From Amoebidium appalachense (lineage: Eukaryota > Protista > Ichthyosporea), in contig CAVNZM010000009.1 of assembly GCA_963693365.1 (NCBI GenBank), forward strand, positions 4,966,245 through 5,030,244: a stretch of 64,000 nucleotides of DNA. Direction: 5' to 3'. The stretch's first letter is position 1. Each line of letters starts with the position of its first letter. Under the pieces are notes generated by a model that made no database searches, was not told where the DNA came from, and saw only the letters and a list, made by a program, of their open reading frames with translations. The position numbers and the translations under genes were made by a program. Shown here one piece after another: positions 30,694 to 43,619 of this stretch.

Positions 30694-31239
30694 GTGTTTT
30701 TTTGTTTGTTGTTTTTTTTGGTTTGTTTTTTTTTGGTTTGTTTTTTTTTTGTTTTTTTTTTTTTTTTTTTTTTTTGGGGGGGGGGGGGTACCTCGAAAAC
30801 GAGTTCCCTGTCAGTGTAGCCACACGTGCATGCCGGGGGGGGGCTTCTTGCCAGCGACCACAAGCCAGTTGACCGTGGCAAAATTTACCGCCTCGGCCAA
30901 GCTGCTACCAGCAGCATACCCAAAGTGGTATGCTCCAGGCAAGGTGCAGATGACCTCACCGGCGTGCTGAACCGTGCGCTGCACGGGGATGCCCTTCTTC
31001 ATCAAATAACGGGGGTGGATGAACACAGACTGCCCCACCCAAATGTTAGTCATATGAAAACCCGGGTGGTCGTTTTTGTAAGTGCTTTTTTGGTTCTTGT
31101 TCTTCACGTCTGTGTCTACCACTTGTTCTTCACGTCTGTGTCTACCACTTGTTCTTCACGTCTGTATCTACCACTCCCTCTCTCCCTCTTCTTGTTCGTC
31201 CTCTGTTACTGTGTGTGTGTGGTCGTTTTTTTTTTTATT

Positions 31240-31275
<36 letters not shown>

Positions 31276-33411
31276 GTGGGGGGCCTACCTTATGCTGTGT
31301 GACTTTCTTACAGATACCGGCCCCCGAAAGCTCAAGTCTCTCGTGGATATCCTCGAGGATAGACGTAACCTGTTCCTCGTACTCTGCACTGATCACGAAC
31401 CAGATTTTCTCTCCTGGCCCACGGACCATGATGTTGACACTCCCAAGTAGAAGGTCTTCTGTGTGGAGCACAATCGGACCCCCAGTCGTGACACTGCAAA
31501 GAGGCATGGGATTAGTTGGGGCTAAAACAGTAATTACTTCCGACTAGATGTGGCCCAATACATTCCGAAAAGACCGACCCATACACACACCCAGGATGGT
31601 TCTGTGAACATAAGGGGCGTTCTGCAAGCCTGCCTTTTTCCTTTGTTTAATTATTTGTTTGTTTTTTTTTTGGGGGGGGGGGGGGGGCATACTTATAGAG
31701 CATCGGTGTTGAGATGCCCACACGATCTTTGAATTCTCTTGATACTATTGAGTCAAGCGTCTCCAAGCTGAACATGTAGTCGATTTCTTTCTTCACCACC
31801 TGTCCCTCCTGTTAGTGCCTTCATGTTCACCATTCAACAACACACAGCATGCCTACATATACCCACCACAGTGCATCAACACAACATACACTCTCCGCTG
31901 CACACCCACGCACGCACGCATGCCTACACAACATACACCCCACGCACGCACGCATCCCTACACAACATACACTCTCCGCACAAACACACGCACGCACGCA
32001 TCCCTACACAACATACACTCTCCGCACAAACACACGCACGCACGCATCCCTACACAACATACACTCTCCGCACAAACACACGCACGCACGCATCCCTACA
32101 CAACATCCACTCTCCGCACAAACACACGCACGCACGCATCCCTACACAACATACACTCTCCGCACAAACACACGCACGCACGCATCCCTACACAACATAC
32201 ACTCTCCGCACAAACACACGCACGCACGCATCCCTACACAACATCCACTCTCCGCACAAACACACGCACGCACGCATCCCTACACAACATACACTCTCCG
32301 CACAAACACACGCACGCACGCATCCCTACACAACATACACTCTCCGCACAAACACACGCACGCACGCATCCCTACACACACGCACACATGCCTACGCAAC
32401 ATACACTCTCCGCACAAACACACGCACGCACGCATGCACAACATACACTCTCTGCACAAACACACGCACGCACACATGCACAACATACACTCTCCGCACA
32501 AACACACGCACGCACGCATGCACAACATACACTCTCCGCACAAACACACGCACGCACGCATCCCTACACACACGCACACATGCCTACGCAACATACACTC
32601 TCCGCACAAACACACGCACGCACGCATGCACAACATACACTCTCTGCACAAACACACGCACGCACACATGCACAACATACACTCTCCGCACAAACACACG
32701 CACGCACGCATGCACAACATACACTCTCTGCACAAACACACGCACGCACACATGCACAACATACACTCTCCGCACAAACACACGCACGCACACATGCACA
32801 ACATCACTCTCCGCAAAAACACACACAACATACAAATCTTCGCCGCACACATACGTACCTCACTGGGTGTATGGGTGTTTTTAAGAGGCTTCAGATCTGT
32901 TCCGTAAAGGAACATTGATTTTTCACCATCCGATAGGGAGTCCAACAACCTCCAAAACTCCTCCTCCCCCACCGGATCCCCCTGCCCAATCGTGTTAGCC
33001 CCTGTTCATGGTAACCACATCCTAGTGGTTGCAAATACGCACCTCTGGAATTTGCCCTATGATGTCCTCCCTATAAACGAGGAAGACATCCCTGATGGTG
33101 GTAGCCTCCACCCAAATCCGGGTGTAGGATTTTCTCACTCGTGTGGCCTGAGCAGCCTTTTTCAGCCCCTGCACTACCGGCTCGGGAGGCACGAACTTGA
33201 CGGCACCAGCTGCCCGAAACTCGTGTTCTTTTTCGATTGACAAAACTATCTTCTCCAAGGAGAGCTTTTCTAGATGCATTTGGCGGAGATGTGCTACGGG
33301 TACCTCGTTGAACCCCGCCACCTCCCCAGTCTCAGTGTCTTGTTGTTGCCCCCTGTCCACCTCTCCCGCTTCTTGCTCTGTGTGTGCGTGCGTGTGTGTG
33401 CGTGTGTGTGT

Positions 33412-33451
<40 letters not shown>

Positions 33452-33538
33452 GCCGAGTGCATACATGCGTGCAGGTGCCTTCCCGTGGTGTGTGTGTGTG
33501 TGTGTGTGTGTCATGCATGCGTGCAGGTGCCTTCCCGT

Positions 33539-33570
<32 letters not shown>

Positions 33571-33596
33571 ATGCATGCGTGCAGGTGCCTTCCCGT

Positions 33597-33628
<32 letters not shown>

Positions 33629-33654
33629 ATGCATGCGTGCAGGTGCCTTCCCGT

Positions 33655-33686
<32 letters not shown>

Positions 33687-33712
33687 ATGCATGCGTGCAG
33701 GTACCTTCCCGT

Positions 33713-33744
<32 letters not shown>

Positions 33745-33770
33745 ATGCATGCGTGCAGGTGCCTTCCCGT

Positions 33771-33802
<32 letters not shown>

Positions 33803-33880
33803 ATGCATGCGTGCAGGTGCCTTCCCGTGGTGTGTGTGTGTGTGTGTGTGTGTCATGCATGCGTGCAGGTGCCTTCCCGT

Positions 33881-33914
<34 letters not shown>

Positions 33915-34127
33915 GGAGCCAGGGGGGGGGGGGTTTAGCCGAGTGCATACATGCGTGCAGGTGCCTTTCCGTGGTGTGTGTGTGTGTGTGTGTGTGTCAT
34001 GCATGCGTGCAGGTGCCTCCCGTGGTGTGTGTGTGTGTGTGTGTGTGTCATGCATGCGTGCAGGTGCCTTCCCGTGGTGTGTGTGTGTGTGTGTGTGTGT
34101 CATGCATGCGTGCAGGTGCCTTCCCGT

Positions 34128-34170
<43 letters not shown>

Positions 34171-34245
34171 GGGAGGGGGGGGGGGGGGGGGGGATGGGGG
34201 GTGGGATAGGCCTAGGTGCATGCATGCGTGCAGGTGCCTTCCCGT

Positions 34246-34287
<42 letters not shown>

Positions 34288-34363
34288 GGGGGAGGGGGGG
34301 GGGGGGGGGGGATGGGGGGTGGGATAGGCCTAGGTGCATGCATGCGTGCAGGTGCCTTCCCGT

Positions 34364-34406
<43 letters not shown>

Positions 34407-35822
34407 GGAGGGGGGGGGGGGGGGGATGGGGGGTGGGATAGGCCTAGGTGCATGCATGCGTGCAGGTGCCTTCCCGTGGTGTGTGTGTGTGGGGGGGGGG
34501 GGATAAGCCGAGGTGCATGCATGCGTGCAGGTGTGTGATGGCTTCAATGTGTGGGTGATGGTGGTGTAGGTGGTTGGGTAATTGGGTGGTTGGTTGTGTG
34601 TGTGGGGGGGGGGGGGGGGGGGGGGGGTTACCTGGCTGGAAATCCCACTCTCCCCCTTCTCCCTCTCCTCTCCACTCTCCCCCTTCTCCCTCTCCAACCC
34701 CCTCTTCCCCTTCTCCCTCTCCTCTCCACTCTCCCCCTTCTCCCTCTCCTCTCCGCTCTCCCCCTTCTCCCTCTCCAACCCACTCTCCCCCTTCTCCCTC
34801 TCCCTCTCCACTCTCCCCCCTTCTCCCTCTCCAACCCCCCTCTTCCCCTTCTCCCTCTCCCTCTCCACTCTCCCCCTTCTCCCTCTCCCTCTCCACTCTC
34901 CCCCTTCTCCCTCTCCTCTCCACTCTCCCCCTTCTCCCTCTCCAACCCCCTCTTCCCCTTCTCCCTCTCCTCTCCACTCTCCCCCTTCTCCCTCTCCAAC
35001 CCCCTCTTCCCCTTCTCCCTCTCCTCTCCACTCTCCCCCTTCTCCCTCTCCTCTCCACTCTCCCCCTTCTCCCTCTCCTCTCCACTCTCCCCCTTCTCCC
35101 TCTCCAACCCCCTCTTCCCCTTCTCCCTCTCCTCTCCACTCTCCCCCTTCTCCCTCTCCAACCCCCTCTTCCCCCTCTCCTTCATCATCACTCTTGTGGA
35201 CCTCCACTTTTGCCCGCTTTTTCGGGTGGTTAATCGTCGGGGCCGGCAGTTTGACAGCAGGTCTGTCTGGAGGGCTGCGTGCAGCCCCATCCCACCACAC
35301 TTCCCATCCGAGCCTTTTGAATATCCAAAAAATTTGTTTCTCCCCCGGCAAAGAACCCGATACTTCAGGTATGTGACTTAAGTCGTGGCTGCCACTGAAA
35401 GTGGAAAGTCGACTGAGCATCGCCGCCAAACCATCCGAGTTTCCATGATAGCTGCCAAGATCGTAAACTCTCCATTGAGGGCCACCCCATTTCAGAATCC
35501 AAGCAATAGTCGTATTGATACCCTTGTTGTTTTCGAGTTGTTGCAACTGATATTTGTTCCTGTGATACAGACGCCCGTCGTTGAGTTCAAACAAGAAGAC
35601 CGAAACATGATCTGAATCGTTGGGTTTCACAGCGTGTAATATTGGTGCCGTCTTCTTTCTTTGATAACGATTAAAACCCTGTCGTGTGAATAGCTCTTCA
35701 CCCGTAAAAATGATTGTAGGATCAGTATGTTTCGAGAATATGAATGTTGGTGGGTTTGCTTGTATGCTACTCTGGAACGCATCATTGATGAGCGCCAGAA
35801 ACTGTTCGTTGGTAGCAGCCAT
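30294..35822 (-). CDS. KDM4-like JmjN/JmjC histone demethylase, 7 exons
   Basis: Exons ~35822-34632, 33377-33042, 32981-32864, 31799-31693, 31493-31289, 31029-30792, 30398-30294 with GT-AG ends and matching phases; motifs [62 protein letters not shown]; frameshifts in the exon-1 repeat and in G9 at 30835. Confidence 0.85.
31850..32820. repeat. Intronic minisatellite
   Basis: CACAACATACACTCTCCGCACAAACACACGCACGCACGCAT units. Confidence 0.9.
33460..34530. repeat. Intronic minisatellite with (GT)n spacers
   Basis: CATGCATGCGTGCAGGTGCCTTCCCGTG(GT)n units. Confidence 0.9.
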
Positions 35823-35915
35823 GTTGTTTGTGTGTATTTTGTGTTTGATTGTGAGCTTTTTCTCGTCTGCGAGCGCGCTTGCTATGTGCTTGTGCCACTG
35901 CTGCGCTCGCGCTCG

Positions 35916-35974
<59 letters not shown>

Positions 35975-36859
35975 CTGCCTGTGTGCTTGTGCCACTGCTG
36001 CGCTCGCGTCTAGTCTACAATGTGTGTGTTTAAAATGTGTCGGGAAAAACGTGAAGGAAATTCTACGTGTCTGTATTCAAAGAAGAAAAGGCAGCTAAAA
36101 GCGCGACGTGCACAGACTAACAGGTCTGTGTTCTCGTTCTTTGTTTTGACTCTGGCCTGCTTGCAACGTAAACAGTTTCAGCGCCGGGGTGCAAGTGACA
36201 CGAACTGAAGTGGCGCGCTTCAATCATGTCATTGAAATGATAGCTGACCAATCAATAGTTTGTCCTGTTTGCCCAATTGCAAAATGGAATGTGTATTGGG
36301 CAATACTCGGCGCGCGTACGTGATAACTGGCCAATCAGTAAGATCGTTTCACCGACCCGGCTGCCCCTCTGCGTAGCCAAATTTGTGGCTAATTAAGTGT
36401 TATAACTTAGCAATAAAAATAATATACCCAAAATGATTAATTTATATTTATTATGCAAATATTTGCTTAGAAATTTGTGTGGAAAGCGTTTTCTGAAACC
36501 AGTCTACGAAAAGCCTTTAGGATTTGCAACATCGTATCAAATTGGCTAATCAGATCATGCCATGGCCGACACGCGTTTGCCCTTAGTACCAGTGCCCGAT
36601 AGCCCCTATCCAACAATCACTGAATGATTCGCGTGCATTTGGGAATATTCGCGCCCGTGATAACTGGCTTATCAACTCGGCTGCTAATTATAGTATTACC
36701 GCCCTTGCTCCCCAGGACCCTTCCGCGAAGCAATATATATCGCTAATATGTACCAATAAATACCAAAAGCACCAAAATAAATTGATTATACACTTTCTTA
36801 ATACAAAAATTATGTGTGGAAAGCGTTTTGTGAATCCGGCATCTGAAGAGCCGATGGGG

Positions 36860-37190
36860 CACTTGGCCAATCAGATTATGACATGCGCTGCCTGGAGTGC
36901 CAGTGCCCTATCACGTGGATCCAACTGTTATACACCAATCAGAGCACGGAGAAGTCCGCGAATGAGATGGCCAATCAGATTATGAAATTCGCTGCCTGGA
37001 GTGCCAGTGCCCTATCACTGACGTGGATCCAACTGTTATACACCAATCAGAGCACAAAGAAGTCCGCGAATGAGATGACCATTGGACAATCAGATTATGA
37101 AATTCGCTGCCTGGAGTGCCAGTGCCCGATCACTGACGTGGATCCAACAATCAGAGCACCAAGAAGTCCGCGAATGAGATGCTATTGGAT
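36860..37190. repeat. Three tandem CCAAT-containing units in a divergent intergenic region
   Basis: CAATCAGATTATGA...GCTGCCTGGAGTGCCAGTGCCC...GGATCCAAC...ATCAGAGCAC. Confidence 0.85.
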
Positions 37191-37192
37191 AT

Positions 37193-37247
<55 letters not shown>

Positions 37248-37918
37248 GTGTGTGCGTGTGTGTGTGCGTGTGTGTGTGAGCTGTGTGTGCAAAAAGAGGG
37301 GAAATAAGCGCTGCATACAAAAGCCCCGAAGTGGAGTATACGACAAACCCAGCGCCCAAGCTTCATACCCAAAGTGGATACAATAAAAAGACAGTTGCTG
37401 TGTGTGCAAAGCTGTGTGTGCAAAAAGAGGGGAAATAAGCGCTGCATACAAAAGCCCCGAAGTGGAGTATACGACAAACCCAGCGCCAGCGCTTCATACC
37501 CAAAGTGGATACAATATTTTACATCTCATGCACTACAAGGCTTGGCAAAGCTTGGTCCTCGGTCCTCAGTCCTCAATGGATCCCCTTATAAGAACATTTT
37601 GCTTCTAAAAATCATCGGTGATGGCCTTTTTGATCAGTTCACAGCCGCGTTTGCACATGAATGAATTTTGCTTTATTTTGGCTTTGTGTAAGAGGTTTTT
37701 TTCAGTTCACGGTGTGTTTGCACGCGATAGAATTTTCGTTTGCTTTGCTTTTTGTAAATAATTCAGTGACGACTTTTTTTGTTCGTATCTCTATTTCAGT
37801 GACGACTTTTTTTTGTTCGTATCTTTTTTTTTTTGGGAAGAAGTGTCTGACTCTGACCTCCACGTTTTTCTAGGTAGTCTTTTCTATTTCACATTCCCCT
37901 CTTTTGAATTTGTGAACC

Positions 37919-39154
37919 ATGGATAGCGCCTCGCAAATGGTCGGGCAAAGCACAAACCCCGCCGACCCCACCGACCCCAAAAAGGGCACCCCCACAAACC
38001 CCGCCGACCCCACCGACCCCAAAAAGGGCACCCCCACCGACCCCACCGACCCCACCGACAAAAAGGGCACCCCCGCCGACCCCGCCGACCCCACCGACAA
38101 AAAGGGCACCCCCGCCGACCCCACCGACAAGGACGTTTCTTCGGCTCCCATCGACCATAGACTTATGGAAGCACTACAGGCAGAAATGACATTGCAACTT
38201 AGTCAGGCTTTAGCCTCACTTGGCGTGACATCTGTGCCTGCTACACCCACCACCGCCGCCACCACCACCTTACTCGAATACAAAGAGAAATATGAAAATG
38301 CGGAGAAAGCGTTGCAAACGGTGAAAGATGAAAACAAACGGTTGACAGAAACGATTAGAGAGGTCAAAGAAGCAGCAGTCAAAGATAAATATACTGCTTC
38401 TGCAACGAACAACCTGTTGGCTGAGAGGGTTCAGGAACTCGAAGCTCGGCTCATTAGTGAGACGGCCGAAAAGTTATCCTTGCAGGATGAGGTGGCCTGG
38501 CAGAAGGAGGAAAATGCAAAAGTCGAGTCAGAGATGGCAGACCTGCAGAAAACCTATCGAAAGACAGTCAAGGAGAGCACACAAAAACTGCTTTTGGGCC
38601 TGAAACGCTCCCCCCATACATCCGACGTGGAGATACTCCCCCCCCCCCCCTCTAGCGCTACCCAATCCGGTCGTTCATCCGTTGCCCGCCCCCACCAACG
38701 TCCTATTCAGAGTGCCCCCGCTCACATAGACCCCATGATGTCCAATCCCCACACACAAACATCCGACGTCGAGGAGATACTCCCCCCCCCCCCCTCTAGC
38801 GCTACCCAATCCGGTCGTTCATCCGTTGCCCGCCCCCACCAACGTCCTATTCAGAGTGCCCCCGCTCGCACAGACCCCATGATGTCCAGTCCCCACACAA
38901 AAACCGGGCTCGGGCTGAAGAGGGGGGCGGATTCAGGTGGGAATGTGCCCAAACGGTTCCGGGGCGGAGAGAGAGAAAGGCCCAAGGAATCAATAGATAA
39001 GATTCTCGACGAAGCAGCCAGAGAGGAGGATGAGAAGAAGCGGAAAGAAAGCAGTCGTGCAGGGCAGGGCAAGAAAGAAAGACCATCGGGCAAGAAAACG
39101 GTGCTCCGCACACGGAGGCCTGTGACTTCCAGTGACGATGACCATTCGGTCTGA
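37919..39154 (+). CDS. Low-complexity coiled-coil protein
   Basis: 411-aa intronless ORF; P[AT]DPTD repeats, coiled coil, internal duplication, basic tail. Confidence 0.7.
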   Translation: MDSASQMVGQSTNPADPTDPKKGTPTNPADPTDPKKGTPTDPTDPTDKKGTPADPADPTDKKGTPADPTDKDVSSAPIDHRLMEALQAEMTLQLSQALASLGVTSVPATPTTAATTTLLEYKEKYENAEKALQTVKDENKRLTETIREVKEAAVKDKYTASATNNLLAERVQELEARLISETAEKLSLQDEVAWQKEENAKVESEMADLQKTYRKTVKESTQKLLLGLKRSPHTSDVEILPPPPSSATQSGRSSVARPHQRPIQSAPAHIDPMMSNPHTQTSDVEEILPPPPSSATQSGRSSVARPHQRPIQSAPARTDPMMSSPHTKTGLGLKRGADSGGNVPKRFRGGERERPKESIDKILDEAAREEDEKKRKESSRAGQGKKERPSGKKTVLRTRRPVTSSDDDHSV

Positions 39155-39331
39155 AAGACTTTGTGTGTGTTTTTTTTGTTTTGTTTTTTTTTTTGTTTTT
39201 TTTGTGGGGGGGGGGGGGGGGGGGGGGAGGGGGGGCTTCGACTATGTTACATGGCAGAGCCTAAGACGTTGGAGTGATGCCGTGTGAAATGTGGAAAAAT
39301 ATAGACTTGGCTATGAAACACGGAAAGCATT

Positions 39332-39363
<32 letters not shown>

Positions 39364-39659
39364 GGGGGGGGGGGGGGGGCTTCGACTATGTTACATGGCA
39401 GAGCCTAGGACGTGGGAGTGATGCCGTGTGAAATCTGGAAAAATATAGACTTGAAAGCATTGTTTTTTTTTTTTGGTTTTTGTTTTTGTTTTTTTTGTTT
39501 TTTTTTTGGGGGGGGGGGGGCTTCGACTATGTTACATGGCAGAGCCTACGGTTTCTGTATAATGTATAGGTAGAAGTTTTGGGATTTCTTTTTACAATCG
39601 GTTGGAGATGGATTTTATAAAAAGAAATCCAGTGTTATCTGAATCTGTGCTTACCCCAC

Positions 39660-40865
39660 ATGCTTGTATACACAGACGTGATGCACGTCTAAGTCCTTCA
39701 CACACTCAAAGAGTCCCACCACCCACATGCACTAGCACTATTTCTCTCTTCCTGCTCTGTATCCCCCCTCCCCCCTTCATGCATGCACGTCTAAGTCCTT
39801 CAATCCCCATGCCATGCACACACTCAAAGAGTCCCCCACCACCCACATGCACTAGCACCATTTCTCTCTTCCTGCTCTATATCCCCCCCCCCACCCCCCC
39901 CCCCCTCCCCTTCCCCCTTCATGCATGCACGTCTAAGTCCTTCAATCCCATGCCATGCACACACTCAAAGAGTCCCCCACCACCCACATGCACTAGCACC
40001 ATTTCTCTCTTCCTGCTCTATATCCCCCCCCCCCCCCCCCCCTCCCCTTCCCCCTTCATGCATGCACGTCTAAGTCCTTCAATCCCCATGCCATGCACAC
40101 ACTCAAAGAGTCCCCCACCACCCACATGCACTAGCACCATTTCTCTCTTCCTGCTCTATATCCCCCCCCCCCCCCCCCCCCTCCTCCCCTCCCCCCTTCA
40201 TGCATGCACGTCTAAGTCCTTCAATCCCCATGCCATGCACACATTCAAAGAGTCCCCCACCACCCACATGCACTAGCACCATTTCTCTCTTCCTGCTCTA
40301 TATCCCCCCCCCCCTCCCCTCCCCCCTTCATGCATGCACGTCTAAGTCCTTCAATCCCCATGCCATGCATGCATTCAAAGAGTCCCCCACCACCCACATG
40401 CACTAGCACCATTTCTCTCTTCCTGCTCTATATCCCCCCCCCCCCTCCCCTCCCCCCTTCATGCATGCACGTCTAAGTCCTTCAATCCCCATGCCATGCA
40501 TGCATTCAAAGAGTCCCCCACCACCCACATGCACTAGCACCATTTCTCTCTTCCTGCTCTATATCCCCCCCCCCCCCCCCCCCCCCCCCCTCCCCCCCCC
40601 CTTCATGCATGCACGTCTAAGTCCTTCAATCCCCATGCCATGCATGCATTCAAAGAGTCCCCCACCACCCACATGCACTAGCACCATTTCTCTCTTCCTG
40701 CTCTATATCCCCCCCCCCCCACCCCCCCCCCTCCCCTCCCCCCTTCATGCATGCACGTCTAAGTCCTTCAATCCCCATGCCATGCATGCATTCAAAGAGT
40801 CCCCCACCACCCACATGCACTAGCACCATTTCTCTCTTCCTGCTCTGTATTCCCTGCATGCACTA
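39660..40865. repeat. Tandem satellite (~120-140-bp units, variable poly-C)
   Basis: CATGCATGCACGTCTAAGTCCTTCAATCCCCATG...CACTAGCACCATTTCTCTCTTCC. Confidence 0.92.
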
Positions 40866-41004
40866 GCAGTGTTACTCGTTCATCCCAGCCCGGGCCAATG
40901 GTATGCAAAGTAACTGTATCGGCCGTGCAGCGCTGTCGTTGTGTGTTTATTTTCGTGTTTTCGGGTCGGTGCACGTGTGGTGTGGAGTACCATGTTTATT
41001 GCTT

Positions 41005-41262
41005 TTTGTATCAGCGCTGGCGTGTACTCCACTTTTGTATCAGCGCTGGCGCTGTGATTGTCGTGTACTCCACTTTTGTATCAGCGCTGGCGCTGTGATT
41101 GTCGTGTACTCCACTTTTGTATCAGCGCTGGCGGTACTCCACTTTTGTATCAGCGCTGGCGTGTACTCCACTTTTGTATCAGCGCTGGCGCTGTGATTGT
41201 CGTGTACTCCACTTTTGTATCAGCGCTGGCGCTGTGATTGTCGTGTACTCCACTTTTGTAGC
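41005..41262. repeat. ~41-bp tandem repeat
   Basis: CGTGTACTCCACTTTTGTATCAGCGCTGGCGCTGTGATTGT units. Confidence 0.9.
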
Positions 41263-41279
41263 GCGGTGTGTTAATTGAA

Positions 41280-41552
41280 TTAAAAGTCCGAGTGACTTGT
41301 TTGTCTCAGAGTGGTGTCGTACTCCGCAGCACCCGTCTTCTTATTGAAATAGTATATGACTGCATACACCAATGGTGTAACCAATAAACATGTGAGGACA
41401 ATAGCAGCGCTGACGTACACCAGATACATTTTGTTCACTTTCTCTCTAGCATTCGGTTCGGACTTCATTAAATTGTACCAGTGTATATTTGCAACGACAC
41501 TGCATATAGATATCACATAAAGAATGCCTGTGGTGACCGTGCTGTCGAACAT
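41280..41552 (-). CDS. Small two-TM protein (start uncertain)
   Basis: Two hydrophobic stretches; intronless. Confidence 0.4.
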   Translation of the reverse strand: MFDSTVTTGILYVISICSVVANIHWYNLMKSEPNAREKVNKMYLVYVSAAIVLTCLLVTPLVYAVIYYFNKKTGAAEYDTTLRQTSHSDF

Positions 41553-41856
41553 GTACGTGTACCTCACAAAACTTTCAGTATCCGACGTGTTACACCCCAA
41601 AAGTGACCTCTCTGAGATCTTGCCTGTGGTACAAACTCTTGATGCCGTGTTGCTCTTGTGTTTTACCAGTACCCCTCTCTCCAGATGCCGAATTTAGATT
41701 GGAATTCGTGAATACACCCATGTGATTGGTCAGTGGTTTGGCACCAAGAGATTGATTGATATGCCATCAACCAGTCAACAAAAAGTACTCGCTTTTACTT
41801 TTTGTCTCGCTTCACCCCAATCCAAGAACAGTGCACACCAAAACAAAACACTAGAA

Positions 41857-42339
41857 ATGGGAGACGCACTTTTGCGCCCCGATTCGGTTGACCCCGAACG
41901 ATGCCCTGCATTTGCACCCTCAAAAAAAGCCCAGTGCAAAAACAAAAAGAAAACATGCCCACACCACAAGGACGGCTTCAAGCCCTGGGTATGCTTTGCC
42001 CCTGCCACCGGTGTCCTCCTCTACAGCGACAACACCATCAACATCCTCCACCCCCACAAGGCCGGGGACTATGCTCATGCAAACCTCCTGCTGGACGACC
42101 TCCTGGCCGCCTTTACAGTCGCAGAAATGCAGCGCCCTCGCACCGAGCGCACCGGGGTACCCGCGCTGACTGTGTCCACTCCGGATCCACCCATGGGTGC
42201 ACCACAGCCACCGGTTGCAGCTGCAGCGGTGGGTGTGGGCAGGGAAAATGGGTACTGCCAGGGCAAAACCAAGGCTGGCAATCCCTGCAAAAACAGGGTG
42301 AAATCTACGACCCATTGCCATAAGCACAAGCCCAAATAA
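41857..42339 (+). CDS. Protein with two C-C-C-H zinc-binding-like motifs
   Basis: CPAFAPSKKAQCKNKKKTCPHH and CQGKTKAGNPCKNRVKSTTHCHKH; stop inside AATAAA. Confidence 0.7.
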   Translation: MGDALLRPDSVDPERCPAFAPSKKAQCKNKKKTCPHHKDGFKPWVCFAPATGVLLYSDNTINILHPHKAGDYAHANLLLDDLLAAFTVAEMQRPRTERTGVPALTVSTPDPPMGAPQPPVAAAAVGVGRENGYCQGKTKAGNPCKNRVKSTTHCHKHKPK

Positions 42340-43619
42340 AAAAACCACCCACACACCCCCACGTGCCAACATACACTATCCTCCCCGTGAGTGGCATAGA
42401 GTCCCCCCAGTCCCCCCAGCCCCCCTGCCCCCCAGTCCCCCTGCCCCCCTGCCCCCCTGCCCCCCTGCCTGCCGGAACCAGGCCCCCCAGTGGTGGCATT
42501 CCAACACGTGCATGCTAGAAGATCGTGCTACATGAACAAATGGTCTTAACTCAGCCATACATGGGGGATAGAGTATCACACAACCATGGTTCCCCCACTC
42601 TCCCCAGCCTCCTGTGCACGTGTGCCTCCCCTGCCCCCCTGCCCCCCCTGCTGCCGGAACCACGGCCCCCAGTGGTGGCAGTGAGTGTCCCCCCTGCCTC
42701 CCCTGCACGTGTGCCCCCCCTGCCTCCCCTGCACGTGTGCCCCCCCTGCCTCCCCTGCCTCCCCTGCACGTGTGCCCCCCCTGCCTCCCCTGCCTCCCGG
42801 AACCACGCCCCGGCGCAGTGGCAGCTATTTTTAGATATAGAGATTCCATGGCCACATGGCCAGATGGCCAGATCATTTTGCTCACCGTTTTATCCCGTTT
42901 TATCCACCTTTTTCCACACACTGAATTTGACCTGGCCATCTGGCCATCTGGGTAGAGACCGTTTTCTGTTCTAATATTGGAGAACTGTCTGATGGTGATA
43001 GCAAATGTCATTCGAAGAACAATCGGGAAACCCCGTGGTGTGACAACCAATCAGAATGAAGCAACCAGATTTTCCAACACCCAATCAGATGACGTTTTGT
43101 CGTTGATTGGCTACTGATCGTCATCCAACTCTAGAACCAATCAGACACCACCATATTTATCTTTAAGATCTGCTTAGAGGGGTCCAGCATCTAGATTTAT
43201 AAACTTTCAAATATTACATTTGGATCATTGAACTTCAACAGCATAGTTGAGTACAAAGATAAGTCTTTCACAGTTTTACGTACAACACATAGTTACATTA
43301 TTAGAAAATTAGAAACAGCTTTTAACATGCATTAACATGTCTGTTTGCCTTTAAAATACAGATTGCAGATTTATTGACTCACGCAAATTCTACAGAAGAA
43401 TTTACCGCCCCACATAAGCAAAGGGTATAGGTTTAGATAACGATAAGCAGAGGTGGCAATTTGATTGGCTTCCCGGACCTGCGCTGCGCACAGATATTAT
43501 ATAAGCCACAGTTTCACGGAGTCCACTAACACACAAAGCACTGCTCTGTCTACCATAGAGAAAACAGCAAGCACCCACATTTCCCCATCATACGTATTAT
43601 TACGAGTGCCATTTCAAGC

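Noticed and set aside
33460-34530. Repeat-spacer array
   Set aside because: The spacers are only (GT)n of varying length
31815-34538. His/Thr- or Cys/Val-rich ORFs, also throughout 45-64 kb
   Set aside because: Translations of microsatellites and homopolymers
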